The notes beneath the pieces were generated by a model that worked only from the letters and a program-made list of their open reading frames with translations, was not told where the DNA came from and ran no database searches. Positions 25,061 through 38,200 of a stretch of 64,000 nt of DNA are shown one piece after another (positions within the stretch are counted from its first letter, which is position 1; the number at the start of each line of letters is the position of its first letter). Origin of the DNA: Iphione sp. A-MEVVRFRX5 (taxonomy: Eukaryota); assembly GCA_976226885.1 (NCBI GenBank), contig OZ320320.1:37324001-37388000 (forward strand). The letters run 5' to 3'. Position numbers and translations under genes: made by a program.

Positions 25061-28000
25061 AATTGGCCAGGGGTGCCAGAGGCAGCCACCGGCTCGTAGT
25101 TTGTTAAAGCCACCTCGCTACCTTCACATCATCATCCAGGCTACGAACAAATCAAACGTAGTGGCCCAGTCAACCTGGCCACAAGCACCCGAGCAGAGCA
25201 CGGTTGTAAACAACCGCGGTCGCAGGACGGGCGGCGAAATAACACCGAAATGGCTTCACTATGAATAGTAAAACTACTCAAATAAGGATCTCTAAATGAA
25301 TCAACACCCATCTAATTAAAACCTATCTTTGTCTTTTATCTGGTTTAAACTGACATGTTTTCAGTGCGAAATTTGTCAGTTTCAAGGAGACCTTCGCATA
25401 ACGTAGGGCGATAATAAAGTCTGTTTCCTTTTTTTCCAAGGGAAAGTTGTCAGTTTTAGGAACGCTTCCACATAATGTAGTGGAGGTAATATCGGAAGAC
25501 ATCGATTCTTATCGCAATAAAGCCTGTGGCAGGTGCACTGAAGAAAACACATTCTTTTTGGGAGATTTCTTCTGCAATCATCCTGCTCCATCTATAATAC
25601 AGTTCCTCAACTTCACGGCACAGTGCTAGCCAAAAACACCTCCAGCCCAAGTTTAATGTTTACCACGAGGCAATACGTCTAAGTTCATTAAGGCATTATC
25701 TGATCAAGGGCGATTAGGTTGAGGGGACCATTATTATTTCATACCAAGTCGCACTGATAAGGATTTAACTGGATTTTTCATTACTGGTAATCATCTTTAC
25801 GATTCAGGGCGAGACGTTTTGCCGGCAGCCATTGGCCAGCTGCCAGGGGGAGCAGACGACAAATAAATGCGTTACTACGTGATTGACGTAGGTCGAGTTG
25901 ATATACTTCCTGAAGAGACAGGTGTGTCCCGGCCAGGTCCCCAGTAATGAGAATAAAGCAGCATTGATGGACGTGGTGGTTTTTGGTCCGTTCCTTAAGT
26001 CTCACGAGACTCCACACCACACCAAATGGGGTATTATATTGCTAGGGTGTTATGCTGCATTCTATTTGTATTCCAGCTGTGCCATCCATCTTACTCGTCG
26101 GGCATAGAGGAAGTGTTTGGAAGCGATATTTTAAAATCATATTATTGATACTATCATTGGTGGCATGTCAGTCATTTATTCATGTTCATGTCAATACATT
26201 AGTGGTATCCTACCGAATCTACACGTCGGTATGGGCAGCGCTAATGTTTTTGTTACGGAAAGGTGTCTTTTCTTCTATAAAAAGCCTTTTGTTATTTCCT
26301 AAAAGGGGACCTAAAGATAGCTCTTGCCACCAGCAAGACCGAAACTGACTCGGCGATTTTTTTTTCTGGAGAAAGGACAGCGGACGTGGCCCGTGTCAAA
26401 GTAACCGGTCTGAACCCGCGCGTTTCATTGCAAGAAAAAAGAGAAACGACCCTCAAATTGGAGAGGGAGGCATGTCGGCGGCTTCACCTTTCCTGGCCAG
26501 CGGGTGTGTCATGAATAAGGCGCAGAGCGTTGGCCTTGCAACCCCCGGGGGGACGAGCTCCGGACACGGTAATGAATGGCCTCAGTCTGTTGTTAGTGCA
26601 GGCTGGAGATGTAGGCTGGTGGCGGAGGGGGTGTGGGAGTCAGCTTGGTGTTGAGGTGCTACAGGATGACCACAGAAGGATGTATGCACGTCTCTGTTAA
26701 TGTGCGTGTGGGTGGAAGGGAGCTGAGAGACAGGGCTGAATGGGATGCTACTTCAATGTGAGGCAGGGGGACCAGAGCGAGGAAAGGTTACGCTCGGTGA
26801 TTCGTGTCTGGTGCTTGGGATCTGGGTCGGCTCCTCCCTTCCTGGGTTGCGTTAAATTAACGCTCCTTACCTTTCCACTCCAGAACCAACCTCACAGGCT
26901 AGAAGGTAAGTGACCGAGAGAACAACCATTCACCACTTTCCAAATCAGGATCTCATCCCAGACGCGCCCTTCTGAAAACTGATAGATATGTGGCTCTTGT
27001 GTCTCTCTTTCTGTCACAAAGTGTTAAATTTGGTGTCATAGGGATCATAAGCTTCCTTTCTAAACACATGACACTCAGTTCTGTCGCTAAATATAATCCT
27101 GGTATATGCAGCGAAACGTGCATTTGAAAAAATTAGAATGAACAGAAAGAGACAGAAAAAAACAAATGCATGAGGAGTCAAGAAGTTGCGTACTACAAAT
27201 TTAGACTGACAGGGTCAGGCAACGAAACAAATGGATTACAGTGATAAGAATCGAAAATACACGTATTTCTAAGACCAATGTTTTCAGTATAAATGCACTG
27301 TCTTTGTTACATTTTTGTGCCCACCAAAGAGGGACACAAATATGTAATGAAACAATGGCTATCCTGGATATAGTAAAAAGGGGCAGAAAAACCCACAAGA
27401 TTATTGTGCGTAGTAAGACAGATTTATGTGACAAATGCCACATGACTTTCTGCCGATAAGTGCAGTATATCTTTGCTAGTCAGGAGAGGATAATAAACAG
27501 CGTCGGCCCGACGCTACTTTCCAGGTTGTCAATTTCCTTGTTCAGTTTCCTTTCTTTCACAGGGCGCACGTACGATTGCTATATCCGCATCATTCTTTAG
27601 CGGGACAATATCTATCGGGGAGAGTGTCTCTGTACTTTATTTTGGTACTCTGTTACGTATCATGCATGTTATGTTCAAAACAATCCATTTGGCTATATCA
27701 AATAAAGAATGCACAGCCTTTGCGAAGAGAACGATATACATGTACTGCACATTGAATTCTTTTCCGATATTTTTGACATATTTTACCGTTGAAGGAGTCC
27801 AATAGGGGAACGGTGGTAAAGAGTACATCTAGATAAGCGCATCCTGCTTCTTACTGGTTCGGTCAGGGGTGAATCGCTAGTCTTGCCAGTAAAAAGAACA
27901 TCAAAGGTCTGAAGTGGATACATATCTGGGGAGAACTGCTACGTGGCTAATTAGCACGGCCTCGATGTATCCGGTCATCTCCTTCTCAAAGTAGAGTAAA

Positions 28001-31000
28001 CTTCATATATAACACAATTTCGAGTAGGGTTTTCGAACTAAAATTTATGACTGATATGCACACTGCGTGAAAATGCTTCTTACTTTCGTGTAAAGTAGTG
28101 CAGAAAATGAACGTATGTAGCAGGCCTATAGTTCAACACGGCATTTTGTATTCTAAGTAGTATATAGAAATGAAGGTACCGAGCAGGCTTCAGTCCCTAC
28201 CCAGTCTTTTCGGACTTGAACGGCATCTTCAGCGACAGCATCCGAAATAGACACTTGATAATTTAGTAGGTTCTCTCCGCCTGTACCTCTGTACAGAGGG
28301 TCATGGGGAATAATGGATCACGTGGAAACAGTAGATGAAAACACCCATGAGCAATACTTTCATAAGGAAACAAAAGAATGAACAAAACGGGAAACGATTT
28401 GTAGAACGTACAGGACATGATACTTAAGTATTCATATAAAATATATATAAGATTTTTTACTTATATCAACGATGATATGTATCCTTCAATCACGGAGTGC
28501 TACAATACAAAATATTAATTTTTGCCTTTTAAGAGATTACAAAGGACTCTCAAACAATGAAAATGCAATATTGCCCGAGCTAGAAAACTACACAGAAAAT
28601 GAGTTTTGTCTCCTTTCAACTCGCTAATGTATCTTTTGAGGAGTTCTGCTGTTAATACTTTAAACCAAATAAGATAAAGAAAGACGTCTTTTATGAGAAG
28701 TATGTTAATCAATTCTTCTTTTTTGGTGGAAGAGACCCCACATTTTAGGAAGATATATACTGTTGGGATTGTAAAACAAGGTGAAAACGCGACATTGCCT
28801 AAATAAGTACGCATAACTATGTGCACTCTATGACACCACTCGCTGGTTATAATGGTACAAAAGCGAAAGCGTGTCTGGAAAATATGGATTTCTCTTTGTG
28901 CTCTCTTGCGACTGGTCCGATGGTGAAGATTACTCTCCCAGAATCAGACTATTATACATGGTAACCATGCATTGTGGGCAAAAATTATTTCTCCTTATTT
29001 CCAACGAAGAAATGTAATAATATCGGCACTTCAAATTTCAAATGGTCTTAAAACTACCTTGATACGACCGTAGCATGAATTTGGCATGCCAAGTCTCGGG
29101 GCAGGGGGGTGAGGAGTGAGTGTCCTGTCAGGACGAGCCTATTCCTGCACAGTTATGAAGTCTATGACAGTCCTCTGGAAGCCATCCGGAAACAGCAGTC
29201 AGGAAGAGACCGGCGAGACAGGTGGACAGTGTGCAAAATATATGATGTGCCCACACCTGGGTGTGCCTGTGTGTCTGTGCGTGGGCATATCCGCACAAGG
29301 GCAAATATCACACCATTGTCTGTAGACTAATTGCTGCTGTAATGAGGGAAAGGTTTTGTTAAATATCACAATACTGTTTTCTTTTGTATATTTATACACA
29401 TATGCAGCTATATCTGGATGCACATACCCATGTCTGTGTGGTTAGTTGAAACTATGGGACCCTATGTCATACTCTGCTGTCCTGTGTCTAGTACTAAAAT
29501 GAACGGCAAGTTCGGGCTTTGCGTGATGTCATCACGCACATCGACATTAGATCTTCCTGAAGAGGATCGTTCAAGTACAGCATTTCGTTAAATTCCTCTT
29601 ATGGATATTCGTCATTTTGTGATCATGTTTATCTGTTCGCACCCTATAACAGTGTTAGTGAAATATCTGCTGTGTGCTCAGGTACAAATGGTAGTCTACT
29701 ATGCGTGTAATACATTCACTGTTCTGCTTGATTACTTCAGCAAACTGTTTAATTGACAATCCCAGATATAAAGAGAAACATATTATCAATGAAGTATCCT
29801 GAAGTACCAAGGACAACAGGTATCTAGCGTTGGTTATGTGTCTATACAAAGGTATTTATACACATTCAAATCTGGCAATTCATAATTATGTGTAGCAATG
29901 AGGCCAAAGGACTACATGACATGTCAATTCTAGGATGATGTACATGAGACAACATATACAATTGGACGCTACTTTAGGGAGAGGGATTGGGACTGAGGTA
30001 AATGTGGATTGACTATGCATATTATCATACTGATTCCCTTTTATTATTTTTATTTTCAATAGAATACTGTACGCCTATGATTTTAGAATCTTCTCATACA
30101 AATGATTAGATTTATTTTCCAATGGTTGAAGTTTGACTATGCAGTATTTCCTGAAATACTGTATATCTGAAATTGTCTAGTGAAGATTCTGGTCATAAGT
30201 TACTGAGAATAGCAAGAGTTTTCGATTATAAAAATGTGGGAATTGGTTCTGTAGGGATTCAGTCGGTATCTTGCGCTGTCCAGTTCAGAAGGTTATCTGG
30301 CATCGGGATATCTACCACGGATTGACAAATAGGGTAACAATCCCAGGACTTTTTATCTACAATGGAAGTGTAATGTAGTTTGTATTGTTTCATCGCAGCC
30401 CCAGCTGCGCATCACTATGTATCCACTATCTAATGCGAAGCGACATCGCTCGGATACCTGATTCACTCGGGCGTTTGGGCGGATTCAGGTCTAACACTGG
30501 AGTACGTAGACAAAGGGGCTTCCCCCCAGCAGATGGCGATGGCTGCACTGTGAATTTACAGCTAGATGCGTGTAAGGTCTCGATTATTAGATACATGCTC
30601 ATGGGAACCAAATCAGATAGACCAGGTATACTGCTTGTGATGTGTAATACATCGAACTCTGAATCACTGACAAGACCACAGACTTTGAAAGATAAGTTGA
30701 GAGCAGAGTCGGTAGGTGAGCATGTTTGAACGAATTAACTGATTCACTGTACATTTTCTTACGAGAGGAAGTAGCCCAGCAGCCAAGGTTTAAACGAGAA
30801 GCATGGTGATAGGGGTGATCCGAAACAAAACAGTGTAAACTAGTGGTTAAACACGATGGAAGCCGTTCTGTGTGGATTAGCACTAGAAACCTGGAGTGCC
30901 TCAGAAAATATCACCGGAAGCATGCAGGTGGTCTCGATGTGAAGCTGTGTGTATATGCAAATGCTTGTCCGTTGAAACGAGGTAGCTGTGGGAGGGGGTT

Positions 31001-32141
31001 GGGGGTAAAGGTCCATGAGTAGAGGGGAGGGCTGACAAATCACTGCCCCTGTACAAATAAGCACTAAATGGTGGCGTGATGTAGGGCGATAAAACGTTCT
31101 GAGCAGCCAGACAAGTTGCTCACCGACCCGCTCAGCCACGACCGTGAGCTGCTCGATGGCTGTCTGGCGTGACTGCCCGCCCTCCGCTTCCCCCAAACGA
31201 CCCCTTTCAGCCTCTGTTTTTATCCACCTTTCCTGGCTTATTATGTTCTCCTCTTCGGACTCTTTTCCCAGCGCTCTCTCTTTTCTTACTACAGTTGGTG
31301 CGATCAATACTCTCCATGCCTTGCGCCTAACCTTCTATTTCATCCGTGTTATATCCTGACTAGTCGTAGCGTTCAGCTAAGCCGGTGACCCACTTTCTCT
31401 CCCTTCCTCTGTATTTATCTATCCCTTCTTTTCAATGATAATCATTATGATTTACCTACAATCTGCTTATTTACATCCCTTCCAATCTTACATTACTTAG
31501 ACATTCGAGCCCTATCCTAGTTTTAAAATGTTTTCTCGTCGCCCTCTTTTTGGTGCTTTGTTCGAAACTTTCCTTTTTTAAATCATATTCCAAACCGTTG
31601 TGAATCCTTATAAACCGAGGTTTTTCTGGAGACGTTTTTTCAGTAGCATCCTCTCCATCTTCCACAAAATATTACAGCATTGGTATCTCGCAATTTGGGC
31701 ATGGATACTGGTGCTATGTGCCTACCGAAAATATGTCGCAAAGATATGGACCATATTGGAGTAAGAGCACTTCACATGCAAAAAAAAATATACACTGGAT
31801 TCGACAGGATATATTAAGAAATATGAAACACATACCAACATAGTTACAGATGATGAATCAAAATGCCCCTGTTTTATGGCCGCCATTTGATGTCCAATAA
31901 TATATACCTTGCTTATGAAGGTAGAATGTATTGAACTGCAAAACAACGTGTTTAAACCCACGTATAAAATCCATCCATGTCTTTCTCGGGAAATTCCCTC
32001 GATTTGGTTGAGAGGAGATTCAGAAATTTAGACAAATACTTACCCCTTGCCTCATCACCAACGATGCATGACAAAGCCTGGAAAACAAATACGGCTTATG
32101 GTGATCCTATACATTTTAATAAAATCAGTAAGGCTACTTAC

Positions 32142-32350
32142 TTTTATCAAGGAACTTGAAAATGCCCCTGAAGCCCGTGTGGTTGCCCTGGATGGGGTCT
32201 GTGTGAAACTCGAGGATCATGCTGCGCCCGGAGGAATAATGCTTCTTCTGCACCATGGAGATGTTGCCGCACAGCTCGTAGTTCCACGTGTGGCGCTCGT
32301 TCACCTCGGGCCGCTCCAGGTCCAGGAAGAACTTGAGAAAGTCTGTGCAT
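32142..32350 (-). CDS. sol-1: Exon encoding the C-terminal half of CUB domain 1: (K)CTDFLKFFLDLERPEVNERHTWNYELCGNISMVQKKHYSSGRSMILEFHTDPIQGNHTGFRGIFKFLDK
   Basis: Acceptor tttcctaccctaccag and donor A|gtaagt; 209 nt, phase 2 in (AA+A = Lys, matching the previous exon) and phase 1 out. CUB motifs C-x-D-F-L, LCG, SSG-x-x-M-x-L-x-F-x-T-D and GF-x-G-x-F are present. Codons are strongly G/C-ending compared with the flanking intron. Confidence 0.95.
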
Positions 32351-33859
32351 CTGGTAGGGTAGGAAAAAAAACGACAGTGAGAGGAAACCATGATAATGAG
32401 AAAGAAGCCATTGAAAACAAAAGGACGGTGGTTCACGGTCACCGAAGGCGGGACCTTGGTCTATGGCCCTGAAGGCGTGGTCAATAAATGGGAAGCCATT
32501 ACTATTGATTGGGGAGGCATTCTCAATGAATTAAAACGTCACAATCAATGCCCTGGGAAGACATTTTACTGGTTCAAAGCACGTGGTTATGAAGGGAAGT
32601 CGGGATCGAGATTGTGATGGAGGTCAGTATCAATGAATGGTGGAACTTTGCATATCGATGAAAGGTTTTGGGAGGTTTAAATAGTAGATACATTGAAAGG
32701 CATTTTAAAGAAAACTGATTAAGTTACGGAGAGCAGTACAAGGGATTTATGATAGAAGAAATCCAGCAAAGTATGTATTTATTAGTCTATTTCAATTTAA
32801 TTACACTCCTGTGGCACGAAATGCATTGTGTTGTACGTTTGTCTTTAAATAAGTGAAAATATTTTAAATACTTTTTAATGTGCTCACAGGTTTTATAAGG
32901 AAGAATCAAACCTTAAGGGAAGTTAGATACAATTAATGGTGAATATCAACTTTGTTAAGCGCAAATATCCGTTGTAAACTTTTTATATGAATGGGTCGGA
33001 ACACATGTTTGTTAGGAAAATGCATACTCATCTGCAGAATACAGAGTTCCCCAAAATGCTGTTGAAATATTCCCACATATTTGCAAGTCAAGACAGAAAT
33101 AAGTTACGCAAACAATGTTGAAAGCAAGAACGTAATATGGAGGCAGCTTGTATATTTGTCAATTCATAAAGAAGATAAAACTGTATATATATACGAAAAC
33201 GTATAAACGAAGAACTACCAGGCAGTGCCAATGAGGAGAGTGAGGTAAACCGATAGAAAGGCCTAACCTCATTGTACTGCAGTATACACTACATCAACAC
33301 CATTCGACTATAAATGGTGATTTACCAGTGTCAACGCCATTGTAATATCAAGCAAATAAATCCCTTAAGGTGCATGTAAAATTTTTAATATTCAACGTCT
33401 TATAGGTGGACAAATCAGCGCCCCACCCCCAATTCCAAATGGGAGATATAAAGGTGCGGGATACCACCACCAAGACCCAGAGCAAATATAAGACGACCTG
33501 CGCAGCTCGGTACCGTCCTGAGTAATGCACAACTCATGTAGCAACACGCCCTCTCCAGGAACAAAAAATCACTACCTCTGGCGAACGGTGGAATTCCTAG
33601 GCAATGGACGTGGGAATAATTTCTATGATGGAGGTGCCTTATTCAAGAAAGTGTTTCGTAATGGCTTGTGCCGAGCTGTGAGTTATGGCAGTCGGTGCGG
33701 TTCGAATAGCTTATTGCGCATTGTGCAACGTTTTAGGAACGTGCTCCCCCACAGAGTGACGAATGGGCACACAAAACCGGGGCCGGAGAAGCACAAACAC
33801 CCGCCAGAGGAACCGATAAGGGACAACCCACTTATGACAAAAGGATCTGTGGGTATGGG

Positions 33860-35210
33860 TGTTAGGTACCGTTGTGCGTGTGCACATGGGTGCGTGTGTG
33901 TTTACGTGCGTGCATATGTGCGTGTGTATGCGAACATCTCTAAGTGAGCGAGTGGTTGCTTGTTCATGCATCTCCCTTGGAAAGTGTTGTCAGTATCTGT
34001 GGTTATCTGATGTACGCATGCACGTATCTCTGTGTGTGACATCCATGTATGCCGATATCCCACTCTGAGTTAAGGGTATAGCTTACCTCTCCCCATTCAT
34101 CCAATGTTATGAATTGATTTCTAGTTATCTGAGTTGTATAAATGTGTGAAGGTGAGTGATTCTGTATTAATATCTTTCATCGTTCAGTACCTGGCTGCCA
34201 AATCCGCGGTTTTGTAAAAAAAAAAGCTTTACAGGTCTCTTACAGCATCAAACGGGATCGTAAGACCCTTGCGTATCAACAAGTAAATAAGAAAAATCGC
34301 GCTGTAAATGTATGTCTGTTGGATCGCCTTCCTATGACAGATACGTATGTAGCAGTTGATGTGTAGGTGTGTACGAATCTGCGTCAGACAGAGACCATGT
34401 GCTAAGGTCCCTTTGCGATTGTGCTAAGAAGCCTACTTATGACAAGGTCTATGTTTCGGATATATATGGCTACACTTCTGTATGTATACGCATGTGCATG
34501 GACTGCATGTGTCTATAACTCACTTTGAGTGAGTTTGTGTTAATGTGTCAGTGTACGTCTTATATATATATGTTGTGTGTTCATAGTTTATGTGCACCTG
34601 TACGTCGAGATAAAGAAACTCCATATTCTTGATATATGAGTATTAAGAGGTTTTTTCGCGTTTATGTATCTACATGTATATGTATGTGTGCGTCAAAACG
34701 TATTTGTGGTAGTGTTTCTGTGTAAGTGATACGATGCAACGTTATATCTATCAAAACTCTATATAGGATTTGGACACGTTACAGTATGTTTGCAATGCAA
34801 AACTGTGTAGGCAAATATGATGTGTTGTTTCCATGCTTGCAGATATGTGTATTTTTATATGGCAAACGCACAATGCCGTTGGACGGAAGAATAATTATGC
34901 ATATGTTCGATAACAAGTGTGAATATGTATGTTAGAGGACAAAATGTGAAAAAGTAGACATTGCACTCACATGTTCATAGTGTTTCAAATATGATGACCA
35001 AACAGTATATCGTGCATGACTCAACGGAGTTCGACATGTATTTGAGCTTTCAATATTATTAGGCGTTGATGTATACATACAGGCGCGTTTGCTTGTGATA
35101 AATGTTACAATGAATGTCATTTATTCACTCTCTCTCGCACGTGTGCAAATATGTGTACACAAGTAAACTTCTACCCTCCTGTGCAAATGCGTGTTTGTGT
35201 GTATGAATCC
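33860..35210. repeat. Extended cryptic (TG/TA)-rich alternating purine-pyrimidine low-complexity region
   Basis: Recurrent gtgtgt, tatgtg and tgcatg runs. Similar stretches occur at about 7900-8140, 9620-9830, 37040-37260 and 52280-52410. Confidence 0.7.
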
Positions 35211-38200
35211 ATGTCCGTGAGCCTCGTGAATATTCAACAGTCATTAAAGAAAGTCGGGTAGGAGCAAGTTTTAGCCAGTTCCATACTCTAGGGCAGGGCG
35301 CATGTAAAAAGACATGGAGGGGTTAGTTTTCTGACCCCCAACCCGGCCATAAAAGATGGTTAGAAGAACAACGAGAACCGATCAATCAGCCATCATTCGC
35401 AAACATTTCACAGCCATTCACCTCTATCAAATGATCCAACAAATCAGATCCTTTCACACCTTAATGGTCACTCATTCATCTTGCCGCTGTAAACCGGACG
35501 CTGATTGGCCCACGCCAAGCGATCAGCTGCCTTGCAGCTCATGGCTGCGGCTCAGAACAGGAGAATACGGACAGAATGGTGCAGTTCCCAGGGGAAACAG
35601 CAAAAAAGTAGACTAAGATCTAACGTGCTGCGTGTGACTGTGATAATTAAAGTGATACCGGCAGCCTGATGCACACGGGGATGGCGGCAAGTCTGTGTCA
35701 ACAAGAAATCCGTGTTGTGATCACGAAAAGGAAAACCAATTTCTAAAAGTGCTTGTGTTGATATATATATATATACTCTTGCTTTTCTTACCTTGCTCTG
35801 TTGTACGAGTATAGAAGGTAAATTCAAATATCTTTATTTTAATGATTTGGACATAACAGCAGACCAAATTATGATAATACGTCCTTACTGGAAATTCATA
35901 TTCCTTCATGCAACTTAGAAACCATCGTTTTAAACACACGAACAATACAGTACATTTTGCATTCAAAAATATTTGTTCCATTGCATTTCAGATATTTCGG
36001 ATTGAAACAAATTAAATGCAGGAACCCGAAGCCTCTATAAATCTGCGGTGGGTACTGTTCTTGAAATGGAAGAAATGATCCTATGAATTATATTAAATAC
36101 TACGAGCGGTTTGGTTGAAAGAATCTTAAAATAAATACATATTATTTTACCTTTCTTGAATTCATGTACAAAGATGCATATATTAGAAACGATCTGAAGG
36201 TCTACCGTCCCTCCCCTACTCCCCGCCTGCAGAAACCAGGAGGAATATATTACTCGGTGCCATGCGTGATAGCAGAAAGTCGCGCTGAACCCTCCATGAA
36301 AGAAAACCGTCTATGAGAAAGTCCATGAAAAAAAACACCATCCTACCGATGACCAGCATGTCTTCTCCATGAGTATATTTCTTGGCTTTTGTACATGGGC
36401 CATACCCATACAACTCCGGATGTATTGCCTTTCATAACATTTAATAACTAACGCTTTCCAGAAAGCGTCACAGATTGCTACAATTAGACTGGTGCCTCTT
36501 CACCGCAAGGGGGGGGGGGGCATTTTCCGCTAGGCGGAAGGTCTGTTTTGATGTTCATTGGATTGTCTCCAATGTCTCACGCCTGTTTTCATTCCTTCTC
36601 TTTTCGCCTGAAAGCCGGGGGGCCCAGCGGATTGACTGCTCCTTCGACCGGGGGATGGGGGATGCTGGACGCCTCAAAGCATATCACTTGATCAAAAGCC
36701 TCACAACAGTAAATTACCGATCCATCGGCTACTCGGCGCCACTTTGAACCAGTGTTTTGTCCATTAGGAGCACCCAAGGACAAAGGTAAACGAATTTTCT
36801 TGCTGCTTCTTCGCGGTGTTGATGGCCGACCCTCCTCTCCAACCCGTCTTCTCTCATGTGTTCAAGTTGGCGACATTCAGTTAGAAAGTGTAATGGGAAT
36901 AAATTGTGGCCTTAACTCTGGCTTCTTCGTGCAAGCACCGCTCTTGACTTTTTGTCCCCGTGAAAGGTTTTTTTCTTGATGATGCATTGACAATCTGTCT
37001 GGGGTACGGGATGCTGATATTGAGCCGTGTCTAAGCCTATGTTTATATGTGTAGGTGTACAGGTCTATGCGAGTGGGTGTTTATTGATATGGGTGTAGAG
37101 GAGTGTATTTGTGGAACACATGGGCCTGATTTACTCATGCGTTCCTATGTATGTATCGTTATGCAGGGGTTAGTGGGTCACAAGGACTCCACCCCATATG
37201 CGCATCAGTGCGTTTGTGTGCGTGTGTGTCCGTGTCCGTCTGTTTGTAAAAGACAACGGCGCTCCTTTTTTCGCACTAATATTTCGTGTTCACCACCCAT
37301 AATACACGGACAATCATCGCGTGGGCCGGCAAGGTTCCACATGAGCACGTTTCATGGTTGAACGCCTCCTATTAGTGCCTAGTCCTAACATCGACCCATC
37401 CCCTCTCCTGTATGGCTCCCTCCCCTGCAGATCCCTGCGCTCACTCTCTGCCCTTGCTAAATGACCCACTCATCGTGTATCTTGTGAGCTGCTCTCCCAT
37501 CACGCCATTTGCTCGCCACTGCCACTAGAGTGAGCGTGTGGCTGCAGATAAACAACATGCCCCCATTTCTAAAACACTCGCTATCCCGTCGGGTATTTTT
37601 TTAAAATTAAGTTTCGCTGACTGTTTGTTGGCATGCATAAAATACACATGATTATGACCAGCCGTAATCTTCAAAAACCGCCTGCTTTCGAGGTTTGCTA
37701 GAGTTTAAAGGGGAGCAATGAAATTTACGGCTTGGGTTATCAATGAAAAAAAATCAAGTCGACTACATATCTTTTTTCCCTGAGCAAAATGTATTCAGCG
37801 TAGAGGAGACAAATTTGTGTTTACTCTGACAAGGTTTTTTAATGTTGCGAGAATTGGTAAAGCACTAAAACAAGTACTGGTGAAATGCATGCAGTGGTAT
37901 TGGTTAAAAACATCATTAAACCCAGAGAGAAAGAAATAAAGGCTCAGGAAAGAATAATACGATATATAATGTAGGCGAGTTACGTTCAGCGAAAGACTAT
38001 CATCTGACAAATTGGACTAAGACAACGGGATCTGAGATGAGAGGGATGTTGGTGGAGATGTTGGGGATTTAATTAAAACTTTTGTCAGAATTGGTATATA
38101 CTGTCAGGAACGTATTCTCTTTCCTGTTTCACCTGTCCGAGATTTAAGACTAAAGAAAGAGTGCCCGTTGTTAATGACATCTTGGGGTCATCGTAACATG

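Noticed and set aside
1-32141. Next sol-1 exon (CUB1-CUB2 linker / CUB2)
   Set aside because: I scanned by eye for phase-1 acceptors and F-x-x-DG, C-x-Y-x-F or SP-x-YP motifs. Candidates (near 27910 FSPDMYP, 10107-10137 RPRGRYFLSDG, 7760 ATFTYPTIS) had the wrong phase, stops or no CUB continuation.
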